Below, piece by piece: positions 1 to 6,974 of a DNA stretch of 58,566 nucleotides. Numbering within the stretch: the stretch's first letter is position 1; the number at the start of each line of letters is the position of its first letter. A program made the translations under genes and the position numbers. Source of the stretch: a virus. Taxonomy: Duplodnaviria > Caudoviricetes. The DNA lies in IMG/VR virus record IMGVR_UViG_3300016476_000297, positions 1 through 58,566 of that record, one strand, 5' to 3'. The notes beneath the pieces are model-generated. The model was not told the origin of the DNA. It made no database searches and saw only the letters and a program-made list of their open reading frames with translations.

Positions 1-98
1 CGCTTGTCAATGGTTTTCCATGCCACATCGAACGCGATGCGCTTTTTCATGGTGGTTTCGATATCGGTGACGACGAACAGAGTCGGCTTGAAAGGCAT
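1..98 (-). CDS. DEDD-type 3'-5' exonuclease, N-terminal part (runs off window start)
   Basis: Hand translation MPFKPTLFVVTDIETTMKKRIAFDVAW: hydrophobic strand + DIETT = ExoI motif; AAAGGAAA RBS and own promoter at 133-161. Confidence 0.6.
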   Translation of the reverse strand, partial: MPFKPTLFVVTDIETTMKKRIAFDVAWKTIDK

Positions 99-132
99 CT
101 TGCAGGTTTCCTTTGTTTGCTGCGTTGAAATC

Positions 133-161
133 TTTATAGGCGATTCGCACGGGGTGGTCAA
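133..161 (-). promoter_or_regulatory. sigma70 promoter TTGACC-17-TATAAA with CGAATCG in spacer
   Basis: Consensus hexamers with 17-bp spacer, directly upstream of RBS/ATG. Confidence 0.8.
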
Positions 162-180
162 CAACAAAAAAACGTAGCAA

Positions 181-228
181 AATCAATGGGTTGGCGGCGG
201 GGGCGCTGGGGTAGCTAACCCCTTGTTA
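181..228. repeat. 48-bp dyad element copy 1 (IHF-like arm-N6-GGCGCT-N6-inverted arm)
   Basis: aatcaatgggttggc-ggcggg-ggcgct-ggggta-gctaaccccttgtta. Confidence 0.9.
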
Positions 229-420
229 TTCAACGATTTCTGCCCACACTGAAATCTTTTCGCAAGCCTCTTGCCATAGCTGTTGCTGCACATCATCTAG
301 GTATGCATCAATGGCTTCCTGCCCATCCTCGACAACATCGTCAGGCACATCTTCCATCCATTCGGATTCAGTCCCTGCAAAACCCATCGAATAGCCTAGT
401 TTAACCCTCATCTTCTTCAT
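226..420 (-). CDS. small acidic hypothetical phage protein
   Basis: 64-aa ORF overlapping the end of the upstream gene, GAGGA RBS, stop inside dyad 1. Confidence 0.75.
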   Translation of the reverse strand: MKKMRVKLGYSMGFAGTESEWMEDVPDDVVEDGQEAIDAYLDDVQQQLWQEACEKISVWAEIVE

Positions 421-862
421 CCTCTTCTTCTAGCGCATCTTCTGCACATTTCCAACACAGGTTATCGCCCTCCACATTTTCCATATCCCCATGGTGGAAG
501 TGCCAACCGCAACAATCGCAGGTTGAAATTTCTTCCCACACCATATCCTCAACCTTTGAGCGGTCCGAATCGCTCAGTTGCTCAATATCGTCGCCCCATT
601 CCATATAGAATGAACCGTTCGACCCGTCAATAATGTATGCTGCAATTTCTTCAAGAGTAGGGACATGCGCGGGGACGGTAAACACATCAAGAGTGGAGCG
701 AGTAGTGACGATGGAAACAATCTTGTATTCCTGCGACTCGCGGTCCTCGATATTCAGGGCGTGATTCTTTGCAGCCATTTCCGAGTTGAACAGTTCGCCG
801 ACCTGATAACCAGTGTCAGGTCCAGTAGCGCAAAACAGTTGGTATTTGATTTCAGTGGTCAT
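401..862 (-). CDS. hypothetical protein with C-terminal CxxC..CxxC zinc finger and acidic tail
   Basis: Start reassigned to MTTEIKY (AGGAGA RBS, downstream of promoter TTGCAC-17-GATAAG at 884-912); CDCC..CWKC. Confidence 0.75.
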   Translation of the reverse strand: MTTEIKYQLFCATGPDTGYQVGELFNSEMAAKNHALNIEDRESQEYKIVSIVTTRSTLDVFTVPAHVPTLEEIAAYIIDGSNGSFYMEWGDDIEQLSDSDRSKVEDMVWEEISTCDCCGWHFHHGDMENVEGDNLCWKCAEDALEEEDEEDEG

Positions 863-930
863 TGGCTTCTCCTGCGTTATCCTCTTATCGCACGGATAGA
901 CAGCTTGTGCAATAGAAAAGAATGCTTTCA

Positions 931-978
931 TTTCAACAGTTTAGCGGCGGGGGCGCCGCCCCTTGCAAGTGCTTGACT
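931..978. repeat. 48-bp dyad element copy 2
   Basis: tttcaacagtttagc-ggcggg-ggcgcc-gcccct-tgcaagtgcttgact; right half also forms hairpin cccttgcaagt/acttgcaaggg + T-run. Confidence 0.9.
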
Positions 979-991
979 TGCAAGGGTTTTT

Positions 992-1291
992 TCAGTATTC
1001 GCCTGACGGCAGAATCCCATCATAGACAGGACCGTTTTCCGCGATTTTAATGTCCTCATAAGGACCAATAATAACGCGGTTCAGTTCCATTTTAGCGCAT
1101 TCCAGCGCACCAATCATTTCATTCACCACGGCATATTTCAGCCCTTTGGTTTTGATGTAATTGGCGATGAAAGTGGATACCAGAAAATTCAATTCTCCGG
1201 CATTTTCAGGCGTCCAATTAAGGCCGCCCAATTCATCATCGAGCAAATCATTATGAATGTCGATGCGTTGCTGTTGCGGGATATACGGCAT
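992..1291 (-). CDS. conserved phage protein (DUF6899-like), typical neighbour of nucleotide-metabolism genes
   Basis: MPYI...GELNF...IGALECAKMEL.R....PYED.KI.ENG.VY signature. Confidence 0.65.
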   Translation of the reverse strand: MPYIPQQQRIDIHNDLLDDELGGLNWTPENAGELNFLVSTFIANYIKTKGLKYAVVNEMIGALECAKMELNRVIIGPYEDIKIAENGPVYDGILPSGEY

Positions 1292-1292
1292 T

Positions 1293-1736
1293 TTAAGCGA
1301 CCTTTTTCAGAGTTTCGACATTGCGATTGCGACCCAATTGGGACGCGATGGAATAGAAGGCACCTTTGACCAGATTGTCAGTATCCAGCCAAGTCCAGAG
1401 GTGGTGATGCGTAAATGCCACATCGGAAATTCCGTTCGGGCAGATAGAGCCACACTTGCCGACGGCATAAACAGGCTTGCCCATGCCATAGGCCATACCA
1501 ATCTCAACCAGCGCGCCGCGCTGTTCTTCTGCCATATCCTCAGAGTAGAGCAGAACGAAATCGGAGTCTCGCACATCCTCGTAGCACATTTGCCACAGGA
1601 GTCGTTTATTTGATACCACAATCGGGTCATCTTGTTTCAGGTCAATCCAGCGAGCCTGAACGGGCAGGCCGACCGTATCCCGAAGGTGGCGAAACTTGTC
1701 AGCGTGCCAGATTTTGCCAGCGGTGTAGAATTTCAT
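1293..1736 (-). CDS. nucleoside 2-deoxyribosyltransferase / N-glycosidase family protein
   Basis: YTAG N-terminal motif, DVRDSDFVLL, GALVEIGMAYGMGKPVY catalytic Glu motif; promoter TTGTGT-17-TATACA at 1766-1794. Confidence 0.75.
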   Translation of the reverse strand: MKFYTAGKIWHADKFRHLRDTVGLPVQARWIDLKQDDPIVVSNKRLLWQMCYEDVRDSDFVLLYSEDMAEEQRGALVEIGMAYGMGKPVYAVGKCGSICPNGISDVAFTHHHLWTWLDTDNLVKGAFYSIASQLGRNRNVETLKKVA

Positions 1737-1812
1737 GGCGTCTTTTCCTCTCTTGCCGATGATTATGTATAGCCCGATTCGTCAGGTAACACAACAGAAA
1801 AGAATTGAATGA

Positions 1813-1860
1813 AATCAATAGTTTAGCGGCGGGGGCGCCTCGGCACCTAAGTGCCTGAAT
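1813..1860. repeat. 48-bp dyad element copy 3
   Basis: aatcaatagtttagc-ggcggg-ggcgcc-tcggca-cctaagtgcctgaat. Confidence 0.9.
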
Positions 1861-2057
1861 TATAAAGGTTTATTTGCGGCCATTTCACAGAAACGCAGAA
1901 CGTGGTCCAGTTCCTTTTCAAACTGCACAGCATTTGCGTTACCTTTTTCAATCTCGCGTTCTACATCTTCTAGCATGTATCGAATCTTAAGGAAAGCGAC
2001 ACCGCCGTCAGAGTTGACGATTTCAACAATTTTCATCAGTTTAGAGGTCAGCGTCAT
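1860..2057 (-). CDS. small helical hypothetical protein
   Basis: AAAGGA RBS 7 nt before ATG (MTLTSK); stop codon at the edge of dyad 3. Confidence 0.7.
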   Translation of the reverse strand: MTLTSKLMKIVEIVNSDGGVAFLKIRYMLEDVEREIEKGNANAVQFEKELDHVLRFCEMAANKPL

Positions 2058-2080
2058 TTTCATATCCTTTTGTTGTGGCA

Positions 2081-2106
2081 ATAGCAGGGGTGGCCACCCC
2101 TGCTAT
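2081..2106. terminator. perfect 26-bp palindrome (terminator or processing hairpin)
   Basis: atagcaggggtggccacccctgctat. Confidence 0.55.
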
Positions 2107-2295
2107 CACTTCTTACACCTGTCCAGAGGACCGGAGCAGTTTTGGCTGATTAGGCCCACTTCACGCACGTTGTCGCATAGCCCCTTCCGGTGGTGGCTTA
2201 CCCGATATTTTTCATGAGCAATATCAAACCTCATCAAGGCATCCCCTTGCGGATATCTAGCTAACGTCAGGCAATCACCCCTTTCGTCCTTCGAT
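2107..2295 (-). ncRNA. candidate multi-stem structured RNA
   Basis: Lies between promoter TTGCGC-17-TATATT (2302-2330) and the 2081-2106 hairpin; pairings GGTG-ATTGCCTGA/TCGGGTAA-GC-CACC, ATGAG/CTCAT, ACCGGA/TCCGGT; only a weak ORF. Confidence 0.35.
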
Positions 2296-2369
2296 ATAAA
2301 CAATATAGGCGATTCTCAGCAGGAGCGCAAGTAAAATATTCATTTCAATGCTAGAAAAGAATGTAGTCA

Positions 2370-2417
2370 AATCAACGATTTAGATGATATGGCGCCCCGC
2401 CCCCTAACCCTTTGATT
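2370..2417. repeat. 48-bp dyad element copy 4
   Basis: aatcaacgatttaga-tgatat-ggcgcc-ccgccc-cctaaccctttgatt. Confidence 0.9.
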
Positions 2418-2430
2418 TCAAAGGGTTTTT

Positions 2431-2527
2431 TGGTGAGTGACCCGCTGCGGACTCGAACCGCACACCCCCTCTGCAAAGTTGTCAAGTAGTTGCAGCTTCC
2501 TTGACAGGGCGGCACCATACGCGGGCC
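2431..2527 (-). ncRNA. tRNA-like RNA with a pseudoknot in place of the anticodon arm
   Basis: Acceptor GGCCCGC/GCGGGTC, T-arm TGCGG-TTCGAGT-CCGCA, no D-stem, helix TGCC-G-CCCT/AGGG-GGTG closing H-type pseudoknot GTCAAG/CTTGAC + CTGCAA/TTGCAG; ends ACTCACCA. Confidence 0.65.
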
Positions 2528-2531
2528 ATAA

Positions 2532-2557
2532 GGCTAGGCGGCTCTCACCGCCTAGCC
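2532..2557 (-). terminator. GC-rich hairpin after A2-like gene (terminator or processing site)
   Basis: GGCTAGGCGG-TGAGAG-CCGCCTAGCC, 10-bp perfect stem. Confidence 0.55.
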
Positions 2558-2563
2558 GATTCG

Positions 2564-2932
2564 TCAGACCGTCTCCGGTTCCGCTTCTTCCTCAGCGGGC
2601 GATTCGCCCTGCTGCTCAGCCAGCGCGATAACGTGCGCGATGGCTTCCTTGGTGGCACCCATCAGACCCGACACGTCGAAGGCGACCAGCGACTCGAGCT
2701 GATTCAGAAGTTCCTTCTTCGTCGGACCTTCTTCCCGCTTCGCCTTGGGCTTTTCGGGAGCGGCGACGTAGACGCCTTCGCGCACCAGCTTGGAGCGCAC
2801 CGAACGCACGGGCTTGCCGATGGTTTCGGCAATCGTGTCCAGACCTTCGTTGCCGAGTTCGGCATACATCTGGAGCATGGTTTCCACCATAGCTTCGGTG
2901 TAGTTCACTTTCGAGGTTTTCGCATCAGCCAT
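2564..2932 (-). CDS. A2: T5 A2-like pre-early DNA-binding protein
   Basis: Y...M..MY..L...GL..IA...G...RSVRSKL...Y pattern and size match recalled T5 A2; AAAGGAGA RBS; promoter TTGCCC-17-TATAAA at 2971-2999. Confidence 0.7.
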   Translation of the reverse strand: MADAKTSKVNYTEAMVETMLQMYAELGNEGLDTIAETIGKPVRSVRSKLVREGVYVAAPEKPKAKREEGPTKKELLNQLESLVAFDVSGLMGATKEAIAHVIALAEQQGESPAEEEAEPETV

Positions 2933-3038
2933 TGCTTTCTCCTTTGCATCTTGGCTTCTTCAATACAGTCTTTATAAGCGACTCTCAGCGGGTGGGCAAG
3001 AGAAAAATTGCGGCGGCGACTAGGAAAGAATCCTTTGA

Positions 3039-3086
3039 AATCAACGACTTAGCGGCGGGGGCGCCGCGGCTGCTAACCGCTTGTTA
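3039..3086. repeat. 48-bp dyad element copy 5
   Basis: aatcaacgacttagc-ggcggg-ggcgcc-gcggct-gctaaccgcttgtta. Confidence 0.9.
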
Positions 3087-3243
3087 TTCTTGGAGTTTTT
3101 CTCTCTGCATCAAACCAACCTCTGAACCAACATCGGGCATAAACTGTCCCTTGTGTGTAGGGGCAGGAAAACTCCCACCCCTTGAGATACATATCACGGC
3201 CTGCGTTGTATGCAACTTGACGGTTGCCGTGCAGATACGCCAT
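3073..3243 (-). CDS. ribosome modulation factor (RMF/CrpP-fold)-like protein, 56 aa, absent from ORF track
   Basis: MAYLHGNRQVAYNAGRDMYLKGWEFSCPYTQGTVYARCWFRGWFDAERKTPRITSG: AY..G.....G....CPY........W..GW..A signature; GGGAG RBS. Confidence 0.65.
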   Translation of the reverse strand: MAYLHGNRQVAYNAGRDMYLKGWEFSCPYTQGTVYARCWFRGWFDAERKTPRITSG

Positions 3244-3245
3244 TG

Positions 3246-3449
3246 TCAACTCCCGCTGTAAACAATCATGCTCAGGCTGGACCCGACAGCAGACCGCTCA
3301 AACGGACGCTGCGGCTTGTGAGGATACGGACAGCCGGGCACGCCACATGGCCAGATTGCAGGCTCGTTGTTCGTTTCCGACCAGCAATTGATGCCACAGT
3401 TCGGACATTTTCCAGTCGGTTCCATTTTGCGGAAATCTAGCTTGCTCAT
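3246..3449 (-). CDS. small Cys-rich (zinc-binding) hypothetical protein
   Basis: CPNC...C..PGC; AAAGGAGA RBS; promoter TTGACC-17-TATAAC at 3475-3503. Confidence 0.7.
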   Translation of the reverse strand: MSKLDFRKMEPTGKCPNCGINCWSETNNEPAIWPCGVPGCPYPHKPQRPFERSAVGSSLSMIVYSGS

Positions 3450-3522
3450 CAGCTTCTCCTTTGCTGTTATGACCGTTATAGACGATTCTCAGAGTGTGGT
3501 CAACGACAAAATTAGTGTTTAA

Positions 3523-3570
3523 AATCAAAGAGCTAGAGCGTGGGGCGCTCTAGCTGCTAAGTTATTGATA
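3523..3570. repeat. 48-bp dyad element copy 6
   Basis: aatcaaagagctaga-gcgtgg-ggcgct-ctagct-gctaagttattgata. Confidence 0.85.
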
Positions 3571-3999
3571 AAACGAGTGATTTCCTATTCGGATGGTTCG
3601 TCGTTTATGAAAGGCTTGTTTGTGTTTACCGCCGTCAAAGTAAACTGCGCCTTTAGTAGTGTCTATTCCTTCTTCATGAAGGAAGCTGGCACGTAGAGCC
3701 ATGCTCTTTGCAGTAGTCCATGCTTCTTCTTCACGTATTCGAGGTTTATGTTTAGTCCAACTAAACTGGCCTCTTTGATATACCACGCCGCAAATGCTGT
3801 CTGGAAATCTATCATCTTCAGTTCTGTTCAAGGTTACGAACGCTACGGCTAACTGGCCGCTTAATGGTTCTCCTCTTGCTTCGTGGTATATGTTTTGTGC
3901 TAAGCAGTTGAGTTGTTTTTCGCTATACGTAGTCGCATTGGCAGTAAAACCGATCAGGGTCAACGCTAGCACCAATAGTCCGGTGCTCGTGTGAGACAT
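3562..3999 (-). CDS. cell wall hydrolase (SleB / Hydrolase_2 family) with signal peptide
   Basis: CLAQNIYHEARGEP..GQ.AVA.V.LNR....RFP.SICGVVYQ.GQFSW and IGNHSFY motifs; promoter TTGACA-18-TATACT at 4022-4051. Confidence 0.9.
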   Translation of the reverse strand: MSHTSTGLLVLALTLIGFTANATTYSEKQLNCLAQNIYHEARGEPLSGQLAVAFVTLNRTEDDRFPDSICGVVYQRGQFSWTKHKPRIREEEAWTTAKSMALRASFLHEEGIDTTKGAVYFDGGKHKQAFHKRRTIRIGNHSFYQ

Positions 4000-4069
4000 G
4001 TGTTTTCTCCTTTGTTAGTCTAGTATATCTGACAATACCCCTTTGTGTCAAATAAAAAATTTCGTTTAA

Positions 4070-4117
4070 CGATAATGGTTTACGACGCTAGGCGCCTCAT
4101 TCGCTAAACAGTTGATT
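4070..4117. repeat. 48-bp dyad element copy 7 (degenerate left arm)
   Basis: cgataatggtttacg-acgcta-ggcgcc-tcattc-gctaaacagttgatt. Confidence 0.8.
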
Positions 4118-4214
4118 GTAAATGCTTGCCTCACGCATTGCAAGCCGGTCTAGTATTTAGCGAGGGGTCACACGCACCCGAAGGCGTGATTTTCCAATCT
4201 AACTAGATCGTAAC

Positions 4215-4291
4215 TGGTGTTCCCAGAGGGACTCGAACCCCCAACCCCCGGATTATGAGTCCGGCGCTCTAACCAATTGAGCTATAAGAAC
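4215..4291 (-). tRNA. tRNA with CAT anticodon (Met or Ile2), CCA encoded
   Basis: GTTCTTA/TGGGAAC acceptor, D-arm GCTC-AATTGGTTA-GAGC, CCGGA-CTCATAA-TCCGG, TTCGAGT T-loop, ACCA. Confidence 0.92.
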
Positions 4292-4292
4292 A

Positions 4293-4368
4293 TGGTAGGC
4301 ACGGTCGGACTCGAACCGACAGCTTAAGGATTTTAAGTCCTCTGCGTTTACCTTTTCGCCACGCGCCC
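4293..4368 (-). tRNA. tRNA-Leu(TAA), short variable region, CCA encoded
   Basis: GGGCGCG/CGTGCCT acceptor, GAGGA-CTTAAAA-TCCTT anticodon arm, GTCGG-TTCGAGT-CCGAC, ACCA. Confidence 0.9.
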
Positions 4369-4377
4369 TCTATTACC

Positions 4378-4560
4378 CTACTCTAGAGGTTGTGTGCAAT
4401 CACAATCTGAAATGTATTCACTCCAGATTAAATCATATCCAATATCTCTGTTGGCTTCCCAATACCCAACAGATTCTGGATTTAAAGCTACCAGCCATAC
4501 GGCAGCAATAATGTGAAGTCCAACCGTGATGATTACCCAGTTTCTAATCACCGTTGTCAT
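4378..4560 (-). CDS. small membrane protein
   Basis: N-terminal hydrophobic helix; AAGGGAA RBS; promoter TTGCTT-17-TATAAA at 4593-4621. Confidence 0.65.
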   Translation of the reverse strand: MTTVIRNWVIITVGLHIIAAVWLVALNPESVGYWEANRDIGYDLIWSEYISDCDCTQPLE

Positions 4561-4639
4561 TCTAGTTCCCTTCTTTTCCCTTTGTTAAGATATTTATAAG
4601 CGATTCTCAGGCAACAAGCAAGCAGAAAGTTTCTTTTGT

Positions 4640-4687
4640 TGCCAGCATGTTAGCAGACTCAGCGCCGTAGTCACTAACCTGTTGATT
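4640..4687. repeat. 48-bp dyad element copy 8
   Basis: tgccagcatgttagc-agactc-agcgcc-gtagtc-actaacctgttgatt. Confidence 0.85.
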
Positions 4688-4747
4688 TTAAACTGATTTT
4701 GCACAGGATTTCCACAATTTTACCACCGGCGCAGGCAGGAGCCTGCG

Positions 4748-4879
4748 CTAATGCAGGCTCACCATGAAATAATGCGTTCCCGACAAAATCTCACTGGCCC
4801 AATCTTTCACCATTTCCGAAAAGGAACTGTAATGTGCTTCGGTAAAGCACCTGTCTGCGGTCCTGACGGTATATGTCAT
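4748..4879 (-). CDS. 43-aa hypothetical protein, absent from ORF track
   Basis: MTYTVRTADRCFTEAHYSSFSEMVKDWASEILSGTHYFMVSLH; GGAG RBS, starts 1 nt after the upstream stop. Confidence 0.55.
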   Translation of the reverse strand: MTYTVRTADRCFTEAHYSSFSEMVKDWASEILSGTHYFMVSLH

Positions 4880-4880
4880 T

Positions 4881-5063
4881 TTACAACTCCAGCCGCTCAA
4901 AGCCTTCCTGCACCGTGCCGATTTCATCGGCGAAACCGTCGGGGAACTGGACCCACAGCGACGTGCGAATGGTTCCGTCCATCATAACCTCATTCTCGAC
5001 AAAGATTCTGCCGACAACCGATTCGTAGATTGCGGTAGCGAAGGTCTGTCCGGTCAAGTCCAT
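4881..5063 (-). CDS. small hypothetical protein (SH3/KOW-like beta pattern possible)
   Basis: GGAG RBS before MDLTGQ; promoter TTGCAT-17-GATAAA at 5088-5116. Confidence 0.65.
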   Translation of the reverse strand: MDLTGQTFATAIYESVVGRIFVENEVMMDGTIRTSLWVQFPDGFADEIGTVQEGFERLEL

Positions 5064-5135
5064 TTGCATCTCCATCTCTGATGATTCTTTATCGCATAAC
5101 TATCAGAACCATGCAACAGTTAAAAAAGCGTGTGA

Positions 5136-5183
5136 TTTCAGTAACTTAGCCTGCGGGGCGCCGCCCCTCCTAAGTGCTTGTTT
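5136..5183. repeat. 48-bp dyad element copy 9
   Basis: tttcagtaacttagc-ctgcgg-ggcgcc-gcccct-cctaagtgcttgttt. Confidence 0.9.
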
Positions 5184-5194
5184 TTGTTGGGAAA

Positions 5195-5680
5195 TCAGCA
5201 GCTTTGCAGCCGCTGATTTACCTTTACAGCGTTCAGGCACGCAACACCAATCTCACGCATCTTGCGAATCACCGGATAGCTATCATCAAACATTACGACC
5301 GGTTTGCCGCGGAATTGTTTCAGGTTCCGCAGGCGTTGAATCTTTCTAGCCTTCAAAACCGGGTCCTTGATGTGATTCTCAGAACCATCCTCGGGACGGC
5401 ACAAAACAAGGTGGGCGTCAAGCCCATGATGGGCCAGATAGTCCCAATCGTCCTGATTCATGGCACGAGCCGTGCAGATGACCACGTAATTTTCTTTCCT
5501 GTCCAGACGCTTGAACGTATCGGCCAGAGGCAGAAGCGTATCACGGAAGATGCTTTCCCGATTCTTGAGCGCGAAATAGCGGTCCAGATCCAGAGTGCCA
5601 TCGGAACGCGACGGAGTTCTGTGGGCAGAATCAATGATAGTCTCATCCAAATCGAACACAACGACTCTCTTGATTGTCAT
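5195..5680 (-). CDS. HAD-superfamily phosphatase (PNK-phosphatase / nucleotidase-like)
   Basis: VVVFDLDETIID motif I, CTAR motif II, K motif III, MFDD motif IV; promoter TTGCAT-17-TATAAA at 5704-5732. Confidence 0.85.
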   Translation of the reverse strand: MTIKRVVVFDLDETIIDSAHRTPSRSDGTLDLDRYFALKNRESIFRDTLLPLADTFKRLDRKENYVVICTARAMNQDDWDYLAHHGLDAHLVLCRPEDGSENHIKDPVLKARKIQRLRNLKQFRGKPVVMFDDSYPVIRKMREIGVACLNAVKVNQRLQSC

Positions 5681-5750
5681 AGCTTTATCTCCTCTGATGA
5701 TTCTTTATAACCTAGGACGCAATTAAATGCAATAGGAAAGAGTTGTTATA

Positions 5751-5798
5751 AATCAAGACCTTAGAAGGCTGGGCACCTAGTCTGATAAGCTATTGTTT
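5751..5798. repeat. 48-bp dyad element copy 10 (core GGCACC; overlapped by end of GIY-YIG gene)
   Basis: aatcaagaccttaga-aggctg-ggcacc-tagtct-gataagctattgttt. Confidence 0.8.
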
Positions 5799-6451
5799 TT
5801 ATTACGCTTTTCAATATCTGCAAGCCAAGAAATAACAGTAGACCTAGGTATGCCAGTAGAAGTCCATATAGTTATTCTATCGACGCCTTGTTTGTATAAA
5901 TCTTCAACCAACTGTTTTTTACGTTCTTTAGGTGTTCTAGAGTCTTTTAGTAGGTAGCTCAAGTGTTTCCAAGATTCTTTCATTCTTATAGACCTAATAG
6001 TAGATATGTGACAGTTATATTTTTTAGCTATATCAGTATTAGGGTTACCTATATTAATTAGCTCAATAATCTCAACTACCAATGTATCGTTAAGTTTTGC
6101 AAATCCCCCGCTCATATTACCATATTTTGTATATATGGTTTCAAGTCTTTTCTGCTTTACATTATCATCTCTCATAGGGTTGTTAGATGAGTTATGTATA
6201 TTATAAGAACCATCAAAAGCCTTATCTAGCCAAAACTTTTCACGCTCTACGAGATTACTTGTCTCTTCTATAATCTCAAAAGTAAATGACTCATCTCCAT
6301 AACAGTCCCAATCTAATTGTAGTTTATAGTTGTGATGCTCTTGCTTATTAAGAGTTCTTATGTGTCTTTGCCATCTTTTTGTTATATCAGAAGAAGAGCC
6401 TATATAAATTCTATTTTCTGGTAAACAAGTTATTTTATAAATTCCTTGCAT
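5777..6451 (-). CDS. GIY-YIG endonuclease (free-standing homing endonuclease type) with C-terminal HTH-like domains
   Basis: GIYKI...YIGSS..I..RW..H, FTFEIIE, RE..W; markedly AT-rich relative to neighbours; promoter TTGATA-17-CATAAT at 6473-6501. Confidence 0.9.
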   Translation of the reverse strand: MQGIYKITCLPENRIYIGSSSDITKRWQRHIRTLNKQEHHNYKLQLDWDCYGDESFTFEIIEETSNLVEREKFWLDKAFDGSYNIHNSSNNPMRDDNVKQKRLETIYTKYGNMSGGFAKLNDTLVVEIIELINIGNPNTDIAKKYNCHISTIRSIRMKESWKHLSYLLKDSRTPKERKKQLVEDLYKQGVDRITIWTSTGIPRSTVISWLADIEKRNKNNSLSD

Positions 6452-6522
6452 TATAATATTCCTTTCTATTTTATTATGTCAGAAATATTTGGTGTTATCA
6501 AGAAGATTTTTAAAATATTTAG

Positions 6523-6570
6523 CTTCAATGGGTTAGCCTGTGGAGCGCCGCCCTGCATAACCGCTTGATT
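6523..6570. repeat. 48-bp dyad element copy 11
   Basis: cttcaatgggttagc-ctgtgg-agcgcc-gccctg-cataaccgcttgatt. Confidence 0.9.
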
Positions 6571-6583
6571 ATGCAGGGTTTTT

Positions 6584-6841
6584 TCAGGCCGCCTCCAGCT
6601 CGTCGTTAAACACCGTGAACCAATCGGCAGGTTGCGACGTGTCCGTGTCCGACCCTTGCCACGTGAACCCCTCAAACTGAACCTCATACGAGTAGGAATC
6701 GGGACGCTCCAAGAAGATGGCCCACTCGCTGCGTTCGCGCACAGTGCCGACCTGTCCAAACAGTTGTGCGTAGTCACTGTGGTATTTGCCTTGTTCCTTG
6801 CCGCGACCAACGAACCGAACCTGCTGACCCACTTCAAACAT
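6584..6841 (-). CDS. hypothetical protein (KOW/SH3-like, F.VG..VR start)
   Basis: AAAGGAGA RBS; promoter TTGCAA-17-TATACA at 6868-6896. Confidence 0.75.
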   Translation of the reverse strand: MFEVGQQVRFVGRGKEQGKYHSDYAQLFGQVGTVRERSEWAIFLERPDSYSYEVQFEGFTWQGSDTDTSQPADWFTVFNDELEAA

Positions 6842-6914
6842 TTGGCATCTCCTTTGCTGTTATGATTTGTATACGTGATTCGTTGTAGTGTTGCAAGCGG
6901 ATAAAAGTGTCTGT

Positions 6915-6962
6915 TTTCAGTGGGTTAGCCTACGCAGCGCCGCCCTTGCTAACCCGTTGATT
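6915..6962. repeat. 48-bp dyad element copy 12
   Basis: tttcagtgggttagc-ctacgc-agcgcc-gccctt-gctaacccgttgatt. Confidence 0.9.
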
Positions 6963-6974
6963 AGCAAGGCTTTT

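Noticed and set aside
2205-2245. Hammerhead ribozyme (TGATGAG...GAAA on minus strand)
   Set aside because: CUGAUGA core is imperfect and flanking helices with an NUH site could not be built
2431-2527. Canonical tRNA, intron-containing tRNA or tmRNA
   Set aside because: No D-stem or 7-nt anticodon loop, no G3:U70, no tag reading frame
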